Positions 15,079 through 25,379 of a DNA stretch of 64,000 bases are shown here, in pieces (position 1 is the first letter of the stretch; every line of letters begins with the position of its first letter). A model generated the notes under the pieces. The model saw only the letters and a program-made list of their open reading frames with translations. It did no database searches and was not told the origin of the DNA. A program made the translations under genes and the position numbers. This DNA is from a virus, in IMG/VR virus record IMGVR_UViG_3300023184_000042, positions 32,001 to 96,000 of that record; one strand, given 5' to 3'.

Positions 15079-15864
15079 ATGTTTAAGAACATTTTTAAAA
15101 AAAATACTGATTCTGAAGTTATGACTGACGATGACGTAGCTGTAGAAAATATTGAAGTTATCGACAGTGAAATTGTATATCCTAAATATAATGAAGAGGT
15201 TGAAGAAGCTCTTTCATTTCCAAATTTAGATCAAGACCTTGATCAACAAGAATATACAGAAGAAGAAAATCAATTACTTAACGAAGAAGTTGAGCAAGCC
15301 ACAGAAGAATGGGATATCTTTACTTCACCTCAAGTTGTAGGCTGGTCTTCTAAAGAAGAACAAGAAACTCTTTTTGACGCCGCTTTATGGTTAGCATCAA
15401 CACCAGGTCTATCTATTTTAGATGTAGGCTGTGGTCGTGCTGATTTGTATGTTAAGGCAACTGAAAAAGGTTTAGTTTACAAAGGAATTGATTACAATCC
15501 AAACATCATTAATATTGCACAGCAAAAGTATCCAGAAGTATCTGTTGAGGCTCTAGACGTGTTAGATATTGATGCTGGTGCGGATTATGACTGGGTGGTG
15601 GGCTCAGGATTGTTTAATTTAGCAGTTAAAGACCCAGCAAATTATGCTCAGGCAGTTGTCGCAAAAATGTATGACAAAGCCAAGATCGGTGTAGCATTTA
15701 ATTTATTAACAAGTATCCCAGAGGATATTGCAGAAGAAGACAAACAGCAATTAGTTGTTTGGGAGCCAGCCGCTTGGTTAGCTTATTTGGAATTGACTTA
15801 TAAAAAAGTTATATGCAGAACCGATTACCTTGAAGGAGATACTACATTTTACATTTTAAAATAA
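15079..15864 (+). CDS. class I SAM-dependent methyltransferase with acidic N-terminal extension
   Basis: ILDVGCGRA, YKGIDY, YDWVVGSGLFN. Confidence 0.85.
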   Translation: MFKNIFKKNTDSEVMTDDDVAVENIEVIDSEIVYPKYNEEVEEALSFPNLDQDLDQQEYTEEENQLLNEEVEQATEEWDIFTSPQVVGWSSKEEQETLFDAALWLASTPGLSILDVGCGRADLYVKATEKGLVYKGIDYNPNIINIAQQKYPEVSVEALDVLDIDAGADYDWVVGSGLFNLAVKDPANYAQAVVAKMYDKAKIGVAFNLLTSIPEDIAEEDKQQLVVWEPAAWLAYLELTYKKVICRTDYLEGDTTFYILK

Positions 15865-15869
15865 ACATT

Positions 15870-16193
15870 ATGATTTTAGTTTATGTGATTACTGCAGTTT
15901 TATTAGCTGCAGGTGCCATTTTTTATAATAAAATGGACAACAAATTTAAGCAAGAAATTGCAGATCAAAAAGCAATCGTTACTGCACTTCAGGCGCATGT
16001 AGATGTTTTAACAAAAAAGAGAGATCAATTAGTAAATGATTTGAGAAGTTATACTTCTACAAAACAAGTATCTGAAAAGAAAGCTCCTGAATTTCCAGTA
16101 ACTGAATCAACTCCTGAAGTTGCTGCGGCTCCAATTAAAAAGAAAAAGGTTTATAAAAGAAAACCAAAAGCTAAAGTAGTAGCAGCAGAGTAA
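15870..16193 (+). CDS. membrane-anchored coiled-coil protein with basic tail
   Basis: N-terminal TM; heptads; K-rich end. Confidence 0.65.
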   Translation: MILVYVITAVLLAAGAIFYNKMDNKFKQEIADQKAIVTALQAHVDVLTKKRDQLVNDLRSYTSTKQVSEKKAPEFPVTESTPEVAAAPIKKKKVYKRKPKAKVVAAE

Positions 16194-16555
16194 TGGCAGC
16201 TCCTTTTGAATCATTTATCAATCATGTAATGTCTAAACAAGACACTGCAGATAAGTTAAGACAAATTACTCATGTACAAAGTCCAACTAGCAGCAGTTTA
16301 GGTGAGTCTGTTAATTCAATGTTAGTCGAGCAAGAATTTGCTAGTCAATTTGATTATAATGGATATGATTCAGAAGAGAGAAAACAAAAAGTATTGGAGA
16401 AGTTGTATGAAGTTCGATCAAAAATTTCAAAAACATTCAATCCAAATCACAAAGAGTATATGACTGTTCTGCTATGTATTAAATATGTAGCAGAAGGTTA
16501 TGCTCTAACACCAGAGATTACATTATATCTAAATACTCTTTACAAAAATGTCTAA
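16193..16555 (+). CDS. hypothetical protein
   Basis: 120 aa, translationally coupled. Confidence 0.6.
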   Translation: MAAPFESFINHVMSKQDTADKLRQITHVQSPTSSSLGESVNSMLVEQEFASQFDYNGYDSEERKQKVLEKLYEVRSKISKTFNPNHKEYMTVLLCIKYVAEGYALTPEITLYLNTLYKNV

Positions 16556-16769
16556 AACAAAACTAGTTGAGTTAATTCAACAATTTCTATCTATATCTGA
16601 AATTGCATCATTAAATGAAATTAATGGTATTGTAGATTCAGAAGACCGTCAAAGACAGTTAAGAACGTTTTTCCATAAACCGGAAATATTTTTAAAATTA
16701 AAGCACCTAACTGACCCGGCTTGGCTATCTTATGAGATATTTATTAAAGGGAAAGCGTATGAATTTTAA
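16548..16769 (+). CDS. hypothetical protein
   Basis: 73 aa, overlapping. Confidence 0.55.
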   Translation: MSKTKLVELIQQFLSISEIASLNEINGIVDSEDRQRQLRTFFHKPEIFLKLKHLTDPAWLSYEIFIKGKAYEF

Positions 16770-17226
16770 AGACTATATAATATCAGAATCAGATTATTCA
16801 TTCTTTGACAGTTTGCCAGAGGATGAAAAATTACTGTTCATGTATGATTTAATATGTGAAGAGTCGTATGGAGTTGGGTCAGACACTTTAGAAGAACCAA
16901 ATTCTAAATATGATACCGCAGAAATTAAATCTGATTTAGATAAATTTGATACTATAGTTGATACATTTAAAAGTAAACTTCAGACTATTGTAGCCGCTTC
17001 TATTTCAGAAAAAGCTCCTGTTAACATGATATTTTTAAATGATAAGCTTATTATCAATTCAGAGTCTTTAGCACTTATCATGGATACAGTTAATCAAATG
17101 ATATTAACTGGTTATTTATTATCAGAGCAAATATTAACAAAACCACAAAGAAAAGTATTTCACCAACAAAAATATTGTAAAGTTTATACAATGTTAGGTA
17201 AGGTAAGTAGAATTTCAGAAAATTAA
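16759..17226 (+). CDS. hypothetical protein
   Basis: Likely start MNFKDY at 16759. Confidence 0.6.
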   Translation: MNFKDYIISESDYSFFDSLPEDEKLLFMYDLICEESYGVGSDTLEEPNSKYDTAEIKSDLDKFDTIVDTFKSKLQTIVAASISEKAPVNMIFLNDKLIINSESLALIMDTVNQMILTGYLLSEQILTKPQRKVFHQQKYCKVYTMLGKVSRISEN

Positions 17227-17229
17227 GTT

Positions 17230-17457
17230 ATGATTCCAACTTCAACGAATTTCGTGCGCTTCAATGACAGCTTACTTCAAATTTTACGATACTACCCAGA
17301 ATCCAGGGTAAGAGATGTAGACGGCATTAAAAAATGGCTAAATGCGGATATTGCTATTCGCAGAGAAGGCATTATGTATTTTTGTCAAACTATAGAAGAT
17401 GCTTTAGAAGAAATTGACCAGGTCGTAGAAATTGAAGAGACTGCTCAAGAAAAATAA
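17230..17457 (+). CDS. hypothetical protein
   Basis: 75 aa ORF. Confidence 0.6.
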   Translation: MIPTSTNFVRFNDSLLQILRYYPESRVRDVDGIKKWLNADIAIRREGIMYFCQTIEDALEEIDQVVEIEETAQEK

Positions 17458-17536
17458 AATAAGATTCATTTGGTATTATCGAATGAATTTCTTATCTTTA
17501 TACTATATAAAAAATAATAATTAAAAAATACAAGTT

Positions 17537-18469
17537 ATGGGTAATATTGGTTATGCGTGTATTAACATGGCGCTAGGTTCTAAAGGTATACTTACCGGAA
17601 GAGCAATGCGCAAAGCAACTTTAGAAGAAAAAGGTATTGAGCATGCTTCAATGTTAGCATTGAAAAATGCTTTAGATTTAGAGACTATCCTTAAGTGGAA
17701 CGTAGCTAATGACATTTTCTTTTTTCGATTAGGTAGTGATTTATTCCCATGGGGCAATAAAGTCGACGTATCTACATTTCCAGACTATAACGAAATATGT
17801 ACCGTGTTAGCCCGTTGTGGTCAATACGCTACTGACAATGGTGTGCGTATAACGACTCACCCAGGTCCATTTAATTTACTTGCATCTCCGCGTGAAGAAG
17901 TAGTACTCAATACTATTTTAGATTTAGAGATGCATGGTAAACTATTTGACTTAATGGGTTTGTCTCGTACTCCTTATAATAAGATTAATATTCACGTTGG
18001 TGCAACTTATGGTGATAAGTATACAGCAGCTGCTACATGGTGTAAAAACTTTTATAGGCTATCCGAGGGCGTCCGAGCCCGTTTAACTATTGAAAATGAC
18101 GATAAAGCATCTATGTATTCAGTGCGAGACTTACATGAGTTGATTCATATGAAAACAAAAATACCAATTGTTTTTGATTATCATCATCATACTTTTTGTG
18201 ATGGCGGTCAATCTGAACAAGAAGCTTTAGAGCTTGCTATGTCGACCTGGTCGAATTGTAAGCCTGTAGCACATTATTCTGAGTCTAAAGCAGTACACGA
18301 ATCTAATGACAAGCTTAATCCTAGAGCGCATTCAGATTACGTTACTAACTATATAGATACTTATGGTAATGATATTGATATTATGATTGAAGCTAAGGCA
18401 AAAGAACAAGCTTTATTAAATTATCGATTGCTGCATAAAAATACTTTGCAAAAAGAGTCTGTTTCATAA
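17537..18469 (+). CDS. uvsE: UV DNA damage repair endonuclease
   Basis: IGYACIN, FRLGS, THPGPF, NIHVG, IENDD, FDYHHH, AHSDY, MIEAKAKE. Confidence 0.95.
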   Translation: MGNIGYACINMALGSKGILTGRAMRKATLEEKGIEHASMLALKNALDLETILKWNVANDIFFFRLGSDLFPWGNKVDVSTFPDYNEICTVLARCGQYATDNGVRITTHPGPFNLLASPREEVVLNTILDLEMHGKLFDLMGLSRTPYNKINIHVGATYGDKYTAAATWCKNFYRLSEGVRARLTIENDDKASMYSVRDLHELIHMKTKIPIVFDYHHHTFCDGGQSEQEALELAMSTWSNCKPVAHYSESKAVHESNDKLNPRAHSDYVTNYIDTYGNDIDIMIEAKAKEQALLNYRLLHKNTLQKESVS

Positions 18470-18477
18470 ACAGTTAC

Positions 18478-18571
18478 ATAATTATATTTTCTTTTATTAA
18501 TATTATAATATTTATTATTATATTATTATACTAGTATTATAATAAATTTTATTAACTATAAATTATAATTT
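18478..18571. other. extremely AT-rich intergenic tract
   Basis: ~94 bp with about five G/C; central palindrome ATACTAGTAT. Confidence 0.6.
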
Positions 18572-18574
18572 GCC

Positions 18575-18754
18575 ATGCGCTACAAAGAAAACACCGTTAG
18601 AAGGCTAGAAGCTCAATCTCAAAAACTAGCAACACTAGAAAGAGCAATTTCAAATGCTGACATTTCCGGTCCTGATGCAATTTCATTAATTCAAAACATT
18701 AGAAAAGAATTAGACTCTATTGTTGAACGATTAGGATTGGAATCTGATGAATAA
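18575..18754 (+). CDS. small helical protein (59 aa, not in ORF track)
   Basis: MRYKENTVRRLEAQSQKL...; overlaps next start. Confidence 0.6.
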   Translation: MRYKENTVRRLEAQSQKLATLERAISNADISGPDAISLIQNIRKELDSIVERLGLESDE

Positions 18755-19757
18755 AACAGTACTAAAAATATTAGTAGGATTTGTCGCGCTTGCATTAGCT
18801 GCTTGCGCGGCATTTTTTTCTATAGTAGGTTTATCTAAATTATTTGCTGGCGCTATGTTAGCAGTAATAGCAATGGCATCTACTCTGGAAATTTCCAAAT
18901 TGGTTATTGCTTCTTATCTTTATCAACAATGGAAAATTGTTAATAAGACATTGAGAGTGTATTTAGTTTCTGCTGTTGCAATAATTGCTATAATAACTTC
19001 TATAGGTATTTATGGATTTTTATCTGGCGCATATCAAACAACAAAATCTAAATATGATTTGACGCAATCTATCACTGACAGTTTAAGTGTTAAGAAATCT
19101 TATTTTGACACTGGGTTAATATCATATCAATCACAATTAGATAGCAAAACAAATCAATTGAATAGTTTATCTTCTATTAGAAATTCTCAAGAACAGCGAG
19201 CATCAAATTTAGTTAATTCTAATAAATCATTTAAATCAGTAGATAAGTCAGCTTTAAATACAGATAAGTCTATTAAAATTTTAAATAAAGAAATTGCTCA
19301 GTTAAATGATAGTATTGTAAAATATTCCACAGAAGCTTCTAAATTAAAATTGAATATTACTCAAGCAAGTTTAAAAAATGAATTATCATCAGAGTTAGGT
19401 TCACTTACTTACATTTCAAAAGTATTAAACGTACCTATGGATAAAGTTGTTAATATATTAATAATTTTATTTATGATTGTATTTGACCCACTTGCTATTT
19501 GTATGGTAATTGCATATAATCAGTTAAATGAATCTAAACCAGATAATGAAGATAATTTAGATGATTTCAGTGATGAAGAACTAGCTGAAATAGTTCAAGA
19601 TATACAATCAGAAACACCCCAAGAACCAATCGATTCAATTCCAATGGATATTGTACCCCAGGAACCTATAATTGATGAAGACGCGGCTAAGACAGCGGCT
19701 AAATTAGAAGCTAAAAGAGCACAAGATCAATCAGCATATGGAGTTAAGATTTATTAA
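18747..19757 (+). CDS. multi-TM membrane protein with long coiled coil
   Basis: 3 N-terminal TMs, coiled coil, TM FDPLAI. Confidence 0.75.
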   Translation: MNKTVLKILVGFVALALAACAAFFSIVGLSKLFAGAMLAVIAMASTLEISKLVIASYLYQQWKIVNKTLRVYLVSAVAIIAIITSIGIYGFLSGAYQTTKSKYDLTQSITDSLSVKKSYFDTGLISYQSQLDSKTNQLNSLSSIRNSQEQRASNLVNSNKSFKSVDKSALNTDKSIKILNKEIAQLNDSIVKYSTEASKLKLNITQASLKNELSSELGSLTYISKVLNVPMDKVVNILIILFMIVFDPLAICMVIAYNQLNESKPDNEDNLDDFSDEELAEIVQDIQSETPQEPIDSIPMDIVPQEPIIDEDAAKTAAKLEAKRAQDQSAYGVKIY

Positions 19758-19770
19758 TTAAATAAAAGTT

Positions 19771-20295
19771 ATGAGAGCAAAAACAATTAGAAAAGTTGCA
19801 GAGTCAAAGTACAAATCTAAAATTAAAGACAATCAAAGAATAATGATTTGTCAAAATTCAATACCTGGCGGTAAATGGTGGAAAGGTACTGAATGTAAAG
19901 AATGGGTTATAGTATCTGAAAAAGCGACTGCAGTTCTATGTCACAGATGTGTAAATTTACATGTAGAGGCGCCTGTTGAAAGAGGAGCTTCAAATCGATC
20001 TGGTCATCCTAAAGGTTGGAAATTTATGAAATTATATGTAGCTCAAGATGGTACTGTATTTCATAAAGGGGTTGAGCAAGCAGACTTAAAAGGAACTATG
20101 CCAGTAACTGTTATTGAACCTAAAGTAGAAAAAGTAAAAATGTCACTTCAAGAAAAACAAGATGCAATTTTGTCCTTAGGTTTGGAAATTAAAAGTTTAA
20201 AGTCAGAATTAATTGTCGAAACTCGAAAAGGTAAAAGAGCTGAATTAACTAGAGGTTTATCAAAAGCAACTCGTGCTTTGAAAAAGTTAATGTAA
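19771..20295 (+). CDS. hypothetical protein with Cys cluster
   Basis: C..C..CHRC; GHPKGWKFM. Confidence 0.7.
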   Translation: MRAKTIRKVAESKYKSKIKDNQRIMICQNSIPGGKWWKGTECKEWVIVSEKATAVLCHRCVNLHVEAPVERGASNRSGHPKGWKFMKLYVAQDGTVFHKGVEQADLKGTMPVTVIEPKVEKVKMSLQEKQDAILSLGLEIKSLKSELIVETRKGKRAELTRGLSKATRALKKLM

Positions 20296-20347
20296 TATCT
20301 TTTAATTACAAAAGGAAACCTTATATTACTTTAAATTAAAAATCGAT

Positions 20348-20983
20348 ATGACAAAAACTATAAAAATGGACACCATTTATGATGAGCCAATAAAACCAAA
20401 AAAGAAAATTGTTGATTTAGAAGATTCAAAAAAAGAAGATGATACTTTCAATGAAATTGACTATGGATTAAATATAGATGATTCTGTAATTTATATGCAT
20501 GGAGATATTATGTTAGGGTCACTATTTGATTTTATTTCTAAAGTAAGAATTATTCTTAAAAATAGACCTGAAGAAAAATCTTTAGATCCAATTAACTTGT
20601 TAATTAATTCCAATGGCGGTGATGTATATGAAGCTTTAGGTATAATTGATTATATTGAATCTTTATCTGTACCTGTTAATATTGTAGCTAGAGGAAGAGC
20701 AATGTCTGCAGCTGCAATGATTTTAGCATGTGGTACTGGAAAAAGAATTGCTTCTAAATTAACTACTATTATGCTTCATGAAGCATCAGCTGAAATATTT
20801 GGTAAGTCTGCAGATATAAAAGCAAATGCAGATCATATAGATGGTTTAGAAAATGACTTTTATACTATGATGGCTGAGAAGACAAATCAGACTGAAGATT
20901 TTTGGAGAAAGTCATGTAGAAAGGATTTCTATATTTCAGCAACTAGAGCAAAAGAGTTAGGAGTAATTGACGAAGTAATTTAA
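20348..20983 (+). CDS. clpP: ClpP-family protease
   Basis: INSNGGDV, AMSAAA (Ser), MLHE (His), KDFY, AKELGVID. Confidence 0.9.
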   Translation: MTKTIKMDTIYDEPIKPKKKIVDLEDSKKEDDTFNEIDYGLNIDDSVIYMHGDIMLGSLFDFISKVRIILKNRPEEKSLDPINLLINSNGGDVYEALGIIDYIESLSVPVNIVARGRAMSAAAMILACGTGKRIASKLTTIMLHEASAEIFGKSADIKANADHIDGLENDFYTMMAEKTNQTEDFWRKSCRKDFYISATRAKELGVIDEVI

Positions 20984-20987
20984 AATT

Positions 20988-21731
20988 ATGAAAATAGAAG
21001 ATACTGAAAAGCAATGGGATAGATTAATTAATACCATTGACACTTATATTGAAAGTCCTAGAAAAGAAAAATTAACTAAAATGTATGAAGGTTTAGCAGA
21101 AAAGATTTGTACTGCACCTGCATCATCACATTCAACAAGACATAATTGTTTTCCTGGAGGTTATATTGATCACGTAAATAGAGTAGTAAAATGTTCATTA
21201 GAGTTATATACAACTTGGCAAGCTTCTGGAGCAAACGTAAGTAATTTTACAAAAGAAGAGCTAGTATTTGCAGCCTTGAATCATGATTTAGGTAAAATTG
21301 GAAATGCTAAAGAAGATTATTATATTCCAAACGATTCAGATTGGCACGTTAAAAGAGGTCAAGTATACAAAATCAATGGAAGATTGACTTTTATGAAAGT
21401 TCCAGATCGAAGTTTATTTTTACTTCAAGAATATGGAATTGACGTTTCTGAAAATGAATTCCTTTCAATTAAATTACATGATGGTTTATATTCTAAAGGA
21501 AATGAATCTTATTTAATGGGAGGACTTCCTGAATTTTCACTTAATTGTGATATGCCTATTTTACTACATCATGCAGATCATTTAGCTACTTTAATTGAAG
21601 GTAATCTAAATCACACTCCAGAAACTTCTAAACAAGAACCAAAAGTAAAATCAAAATTGTCTAATATCGGAGATCAGGTTACAAATGAAAATTTAAAATC
21701 TGCCTTTGATGAAATATTTGGAACACCATGA
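20988..21731 (+). CDS. HD-domain phosphohydrolase
   Basis: APAS..HN..GGYIDH, NHDLGK, LHDG, HHADH. Confidence 0.88.
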   Translation: MKIEDTEKQWDRLINTIDTYIESPRKEKLTKMYEGLAEKICTAPASSHSTRHNCFPGGYIDHVNRVVKCSLELYTTWQASGANVSNFTKEELVFAALNHDLGKIGNAKEDYYIPNDSDWHVKRGQVYKINGRLTFMKVPDRSLFLLQEYGIDVSENEFLSIKLHDGLYSKGNESYLMGGLPEFSLNCDMPILLHHADHLATLIEGNLNHTPETSKQEPKVKSKLSNIGDQVTNENLKSAFDEIFGTP

Positions 21732-22009
21732 TAGCAGTAATTTGTATATTGATTTTGATTATAGCCATAGGAACTTATGGCATTATTAATTTATTAAAAC
21801 AATTAGAACAATTAGAAGATCAAGTATCTTTTTATATAGACGTAGTAGATACGGTTAGAGAAAAAGTATTAGATGTTCAAGTTCAATTAAAAGAAATTGA
21901 TATTAAGGGGTCATTTGAAGCTGATGATGAAGTTGGATTTGTATTTAAAGAAATCAAAGAGCTAGCAGATGACTTAACTAATACAATAAATGAAGCGTAT
22001 GAGCGATAA
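21728..22009 (+). CDS. single-TM coiled-coil protein
   Basis: N-terminal TM; FEADDEVG. Confidence 0.65.
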   Translation: MIAVICILILIIAIGTYGIINLLKQLEQLEDQVSFYIDVVDTVREKVLDVQVQLKEIDIKGSFEADDEVGFVFKEIKELADDLTNTINEAYER

Positions 22010-22805
22010 TATAGAAGAAGTGATAATTGAAGCTCCAGTAGCCGAAGTTATCACAGAAGTTTCAGAACCTAAAACAAGGGGACGGAAACCTAAAAATAAA
22101 CAATACTTTACAAAAGAAACTGAAAATGCAATTTTATTGTATAATCAGTTAGAAAACGAATATGAGCGTAATAGACTTTATGATGCTGAAATTAAATATC
22201 CATTTGATAAGTTAGTAGAAAACATTATTCATACTTTTAAATTTTATCACTTTGATGTTCCTTATGAAGATGTAAAACATGAAGTGGTAGCTTTTTTAAA
22301 TGAAAAAATACATAAGTATGTCGACCCTAATAAGGGTAAAGCCTTTTCATATTTTTCTATTATTGCAAAGAATTATTTGATTATTCATAATAACTCAAAT
22401 TACAATAAATTTAAAAATACTGAACCTACCGAAGCAATTGACGATGCTAGAAATATTATCAATGAAGTTTTGAGAGAAGAGGAAGTAGCTGAAAAGAAAG
22501 AGTTTATGGATTTGTTTGTAGAGTATATGGATAACAATTTAAACGTGTTATTTAAAAAGCAAGCAGATATTCAAGTAGCTGATTCAGTTTTAGAGTTGTT
22601 TCGAAACAGAGAAAACATTGAAAACTTCAACAAAAAAGCTTTATACATTTTAATTAGAGATAGGACCGGAGTCAAAACTCAATACATAACAAGAGTGGTA
22701 AATGCAATGAAAAATGCTTATGCTGAAATGTATTTTACTTATAAACATACCGGAAACGTTTCTTTAGATAAAGCGAAATTTAAAAAATCAGAATTCCTAG
22801 AATAA
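21999..22805 (+). CDS. sigma-like late transcription factor (T4 gp55-like)
   Basis: YFTKETE; region-2-like KYVDPNKGKAFSYFSIIAKN; sits just before the structural module. Confidence 0.65.
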   Translation: MSDNIEEVIIEAPVAEVITEVSEPKTRGRKPKNKQYFTKETENAILLYNQLENEYERNRLYDAEIKYPFDKLVENIIHTFKFYHFDVPYEDVKHEVVAFLNEKIHKYVDPNKGKAFSYFSIIAKNYLIIHNNSNYNKFKNTEPTEAIDDARNIINEVLREEEVAEKKEFMDLFVEYMDNNLNVLFKKQADIQVADSVLELFRNRENIENFNKKALYILIRDRTGVKTQYITRVVNAMKNAYAEMYFTYKHTGNVSLDKAKFKKSEFLE

Positions 22806-22827
22806 AGATATTTATTTTAAAGGAATT
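22792..22827 (+). promoter_or_regulatory. late promoter motif ATATTTAT at apex of an inverted repeat
   Basis: Motif recurs before late genes near 6942, 15046, 29784, 33756, 37481, 43849, 48006, 51409, 55355, 59112, 62962. Confidence 0.7.
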
Positions 22828-22828
22828 T

Positions 22829-23263
22829 ATGGATTTTGATATAGAAATTTTTAAAGGAAAGAAATTTTCCGATTTGATGAAAGACATTTACTCTAACAGT
22901 TCTAAAAAGGACCGTCAGATTAATATGTTGATTGGCGAGTTAAGACCGCTAATTAAAAACATAGGGGACGCGACAGTAATTGTACCTTTAATCAAAGAAT
23001 ATATAGAAGTAGGTGTTAAGAATGATGAACACCTTGTAAAACTAGCCGCTGTAGTCCAACGGTTAGTTTCTACTAACAATAGAGTACAAACTGATACTGG
23101 TAATTCTTGGATTTTATCTGACGAAGAAAAGAAACAGCTTTTAAGTGAGTTAGATAATCTTGCACAAGATGAAGAAACTATTAATAAAAAAGTAGTTGAT
23201 TTAACTTCACAACAAGATCAAATCGAAGCAGAACTTAACGATATTATAGACGGATTGAATTAA
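22829..23263 (+). CDS. hypothetical late protein
   Basis: 144 aa helical; first gene after late motif. Confidence 0.7.
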   Translation: MDFDIEIFKGKKFSDLMKDIYSNSSKKDRQINMLIGELRPLIKNIGDATVIVPLIKEYIEVGVKNDEHLVKLAAVVQRLVSTNNRVQTDTGNSWILSDEEKKQLLSELDNLAQDEETINKKVVDLTSQQDQIEAELNDIIDGLN

Positions 23264-23264
23264 T

Positions 23265-24401
23265 ATGAAATATGAAATCTCAGCCGGCGAAGTTTTAGAA
23301 GTCATTTATAATGATGATAAACCTAATTTAATATACGGTTTAAAAGTAAAAGAATTAGGAGGAGGTCCAGCTTCTGATGTAGCTGAAGTTACTACTATAA
23401 CTGCAAAACCATTAAATATAGGATTTTTAAGAATACCTATTGTGGGTGAAGCTGTACTATTAATTAAAGCTCCTTCCTCATATGGTACCTCAATTAGAAA
23501 TACTAGCGATACATACTATTTAGATGTAGTATCAATGCAATCTAGTATACACCACAATTCATTACCTACTCAAACTGCTAAAACAGTACAAAAAAATATG
23601 ACTTCTGGCGATGCTGGAAATTATAATTCTGCCGCTGCGGGTAACATTAACAAACCTAAAGACCCTAAAGTAGACGATAACTTTTCAGAAAATGCAAAAG
23701 TACAACCACTGCAGCATTATATAGGTGATATGTTAATTGAAGGTCGATATGGAAATTCAATTAGATTTTCTACAACACCTAAATCAGGTAAATTTACAGT
23801 TCAGCCAAAATGGTCAAATGGTAAACCTGCCGCCCCAATTACAATATTTAGAAATTCTGTTCAAGAAAAAGGCGGAAAGATAAATGGATTTATTACTGAA
23901 GATTTTAATAAAGAAGATAATGTAATAGTTCAAGCCTCTGGACAAAATATAGAATTCGAGCAAGCTTCTAAAGTATTATCTTCAACTAATAAATATAGTT
24001 TAACTTCATGGAAAGATGAGAATTGGGGAACCACTCCACAAACCTTAATTTCATCAGGTAGAATTGTATTTAATAGTTTTCAAAAAGAAATTATAGCGTT
24101 TGCTAAAAAAGGTATTGCATTGTCTTCTGAAACAGCTATTACAATTGACGCTAAGGACATGGTGTCTCTTAATGCTAAAAAGATGGAATTAGGAACTGGT
24201 TCCGAAGAGCCTTTAATTTTAGGTAAAAAATGGAAAGCATGGATGGAAGATTTAATAGATGCTATTGGAGATTTAACTGATATATCTCCGGTAGGCCCTT
24301 GCGCTCCTACTAAATCAGATCCACAATGGTCAAAGATAGCTTCTTTAAAAGCAAAAATACCTACTTTATTAAGTGATATTTCATTTACGAAAAAATCGTA
24401 A
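23265..24401 (+). CDS. baseplate hub/spike protein (gp5/gpV-like)
   Basis: OB-fold IPIVGEAV; GRYGNSIRF; C-terminal beta-strand repeats; next to gp25/gp6. Confidence 0.65.
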   Translation: MKYEISAGEVLEVIYNDDKPNLIYGLKVKELGGGPASDVAEVTTITAKPLNIGFLRIPIVGEAVLLIKAPSSYGTSIRNTSDTYYLDVVSMQSSIHHNSLPTQTAKTVQKNMTSGDAGNYNSAAAGNINKPKDPKVDDNFSENAKVQPLQHYIGDMLIEGRYGNSIRFSTTPKSGKFTVQPKWSNGKPAAPITIFRNSVQEKGGKINGFITEDFNKEDNVIVQASGQNIEFEQASKVLSSTNKYSLTSWKDENWGTTPQTLISSGRIVFNSFQKEIIAFAKKGIALSSETAITIDAKDMVSLNAKKMELGTGSEEPLILGKKWKAWMEDLIDAIGDLTDISPVGPCAPTKSDPQWSKIASLKAKIPTLLSDISFTKKS

Positions 24402-24446
24402 AATACTAGTAAATTAATAAACTAAATAATTATTAAAAAGAATAAT

Positions 24447-24929
24447 ATGAACTCAAAAGATTTTATACAAGCGCTTCGAAAAGTAATTCGTGAAGAAGTT
24501 TCGACCGCGGTTCGTACAGAGTTAAAGCAGTTTGGTTCCGTGATTACAGAAACAAAAAGACCTGTCAGACAAGAGCAAGCGCCTACATACACTAACACAT
24601 ATAAACCAAAACCTAAACCAAAGCAGACATTTTCAAAAAATTCTATGCTTAATGACATTTTAAATGATACTGGAGGATTTCGTTCTGAAAACCCTTATGC
24701 ATCGTTAAATGAAAGTATGGTTGATTATAGTGGAGATTTTGATGAATGGCCAACAATGCAAATGGGAGCAAGACCTTCAATGACTATGTCCAAAGCTGCT
24801 GCAATTCCAACTACTGATCCAGAAGGAAGACCTATAAACCCAGCAAATGTACCTGAGGAAGTAGTTAATGCAATTACAAAAGACTATTCAGCTTTAATGA
24901 AAGCAATTGATAAGAAAAAAGGATTATAA
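24447..24929 (+). CDS. hypothetical virion-associated protein
   Basis: RKVIREEV start; DYSALMKA end. Confidence 0.7.
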   Translation: MNSKDFIQALRKVIREEVSTAVRTELKQFGSVITETKRPVRQEQAPTYTNTYKPKPKPKQTFSKNSMLNDILNDTGGFRSENPYASLNESMVDYSGDFDEWPTMQMGARPSMTMSKAAAIPTTDPEGRPINPANVPEEVVNAITKDYSALMKAIDKKKGL

Positions 24930-25378
24930 TGTCATACGAAAAAAGATATAACACGATTGATTTACTTCCTGATGTAGCAGTTGGAATTAAACTTCCAATG
25001 CTAAGATCTGACGGAGTACTATTCGAGTTATCTTATTCAACGGAAGATCAAATAATTTCAAATTTAAAAAATTTAATTCTTACGAGAAAAGGCGAACGTA
25101 TAATGCAGCCTGAATTTGGAACTACATTACAAGATTCTTTATTTGAACAAAACACGGAATTGTTAGTAACTTCTATTAGAAATTCTATACAAGATGCAGT
25201 AGCATTTTGGCTACCATATGTTAGTATTGATACATTAACAGTAGATCCTGTTATAGCAGTTTTAGGAAATCAAGAAGATCATGGAGTAACAGTATCAATT
25301 TCAGTTTTATTAAATGGTCGAAAATCAGAACAATCAATTACATTTTTAGTAACAGCAAATTCAATTGAATTAATATAA
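24929..25378 (+). CDS. baseplate wedge / sheath initiator (gp25-like)
   Basis: NLILTRKGERIMQPEFGT...WLPYV. Confidence 0.9.
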   Translation: MSYEKRYNTIDLLPDVAVGIKLPMLRSDGVLFELSYSTEDQIISNLKNLILTRKGERIMQPEFGTTLQDSLFEQNTELLVTSIRNSIQDAVAFWLPYVSIDTLTVDPVIAVLGNQEDHGVTVSISVLLNGRKSEQSITFLVTANSIELI

Positions 25379-25379
25379 T

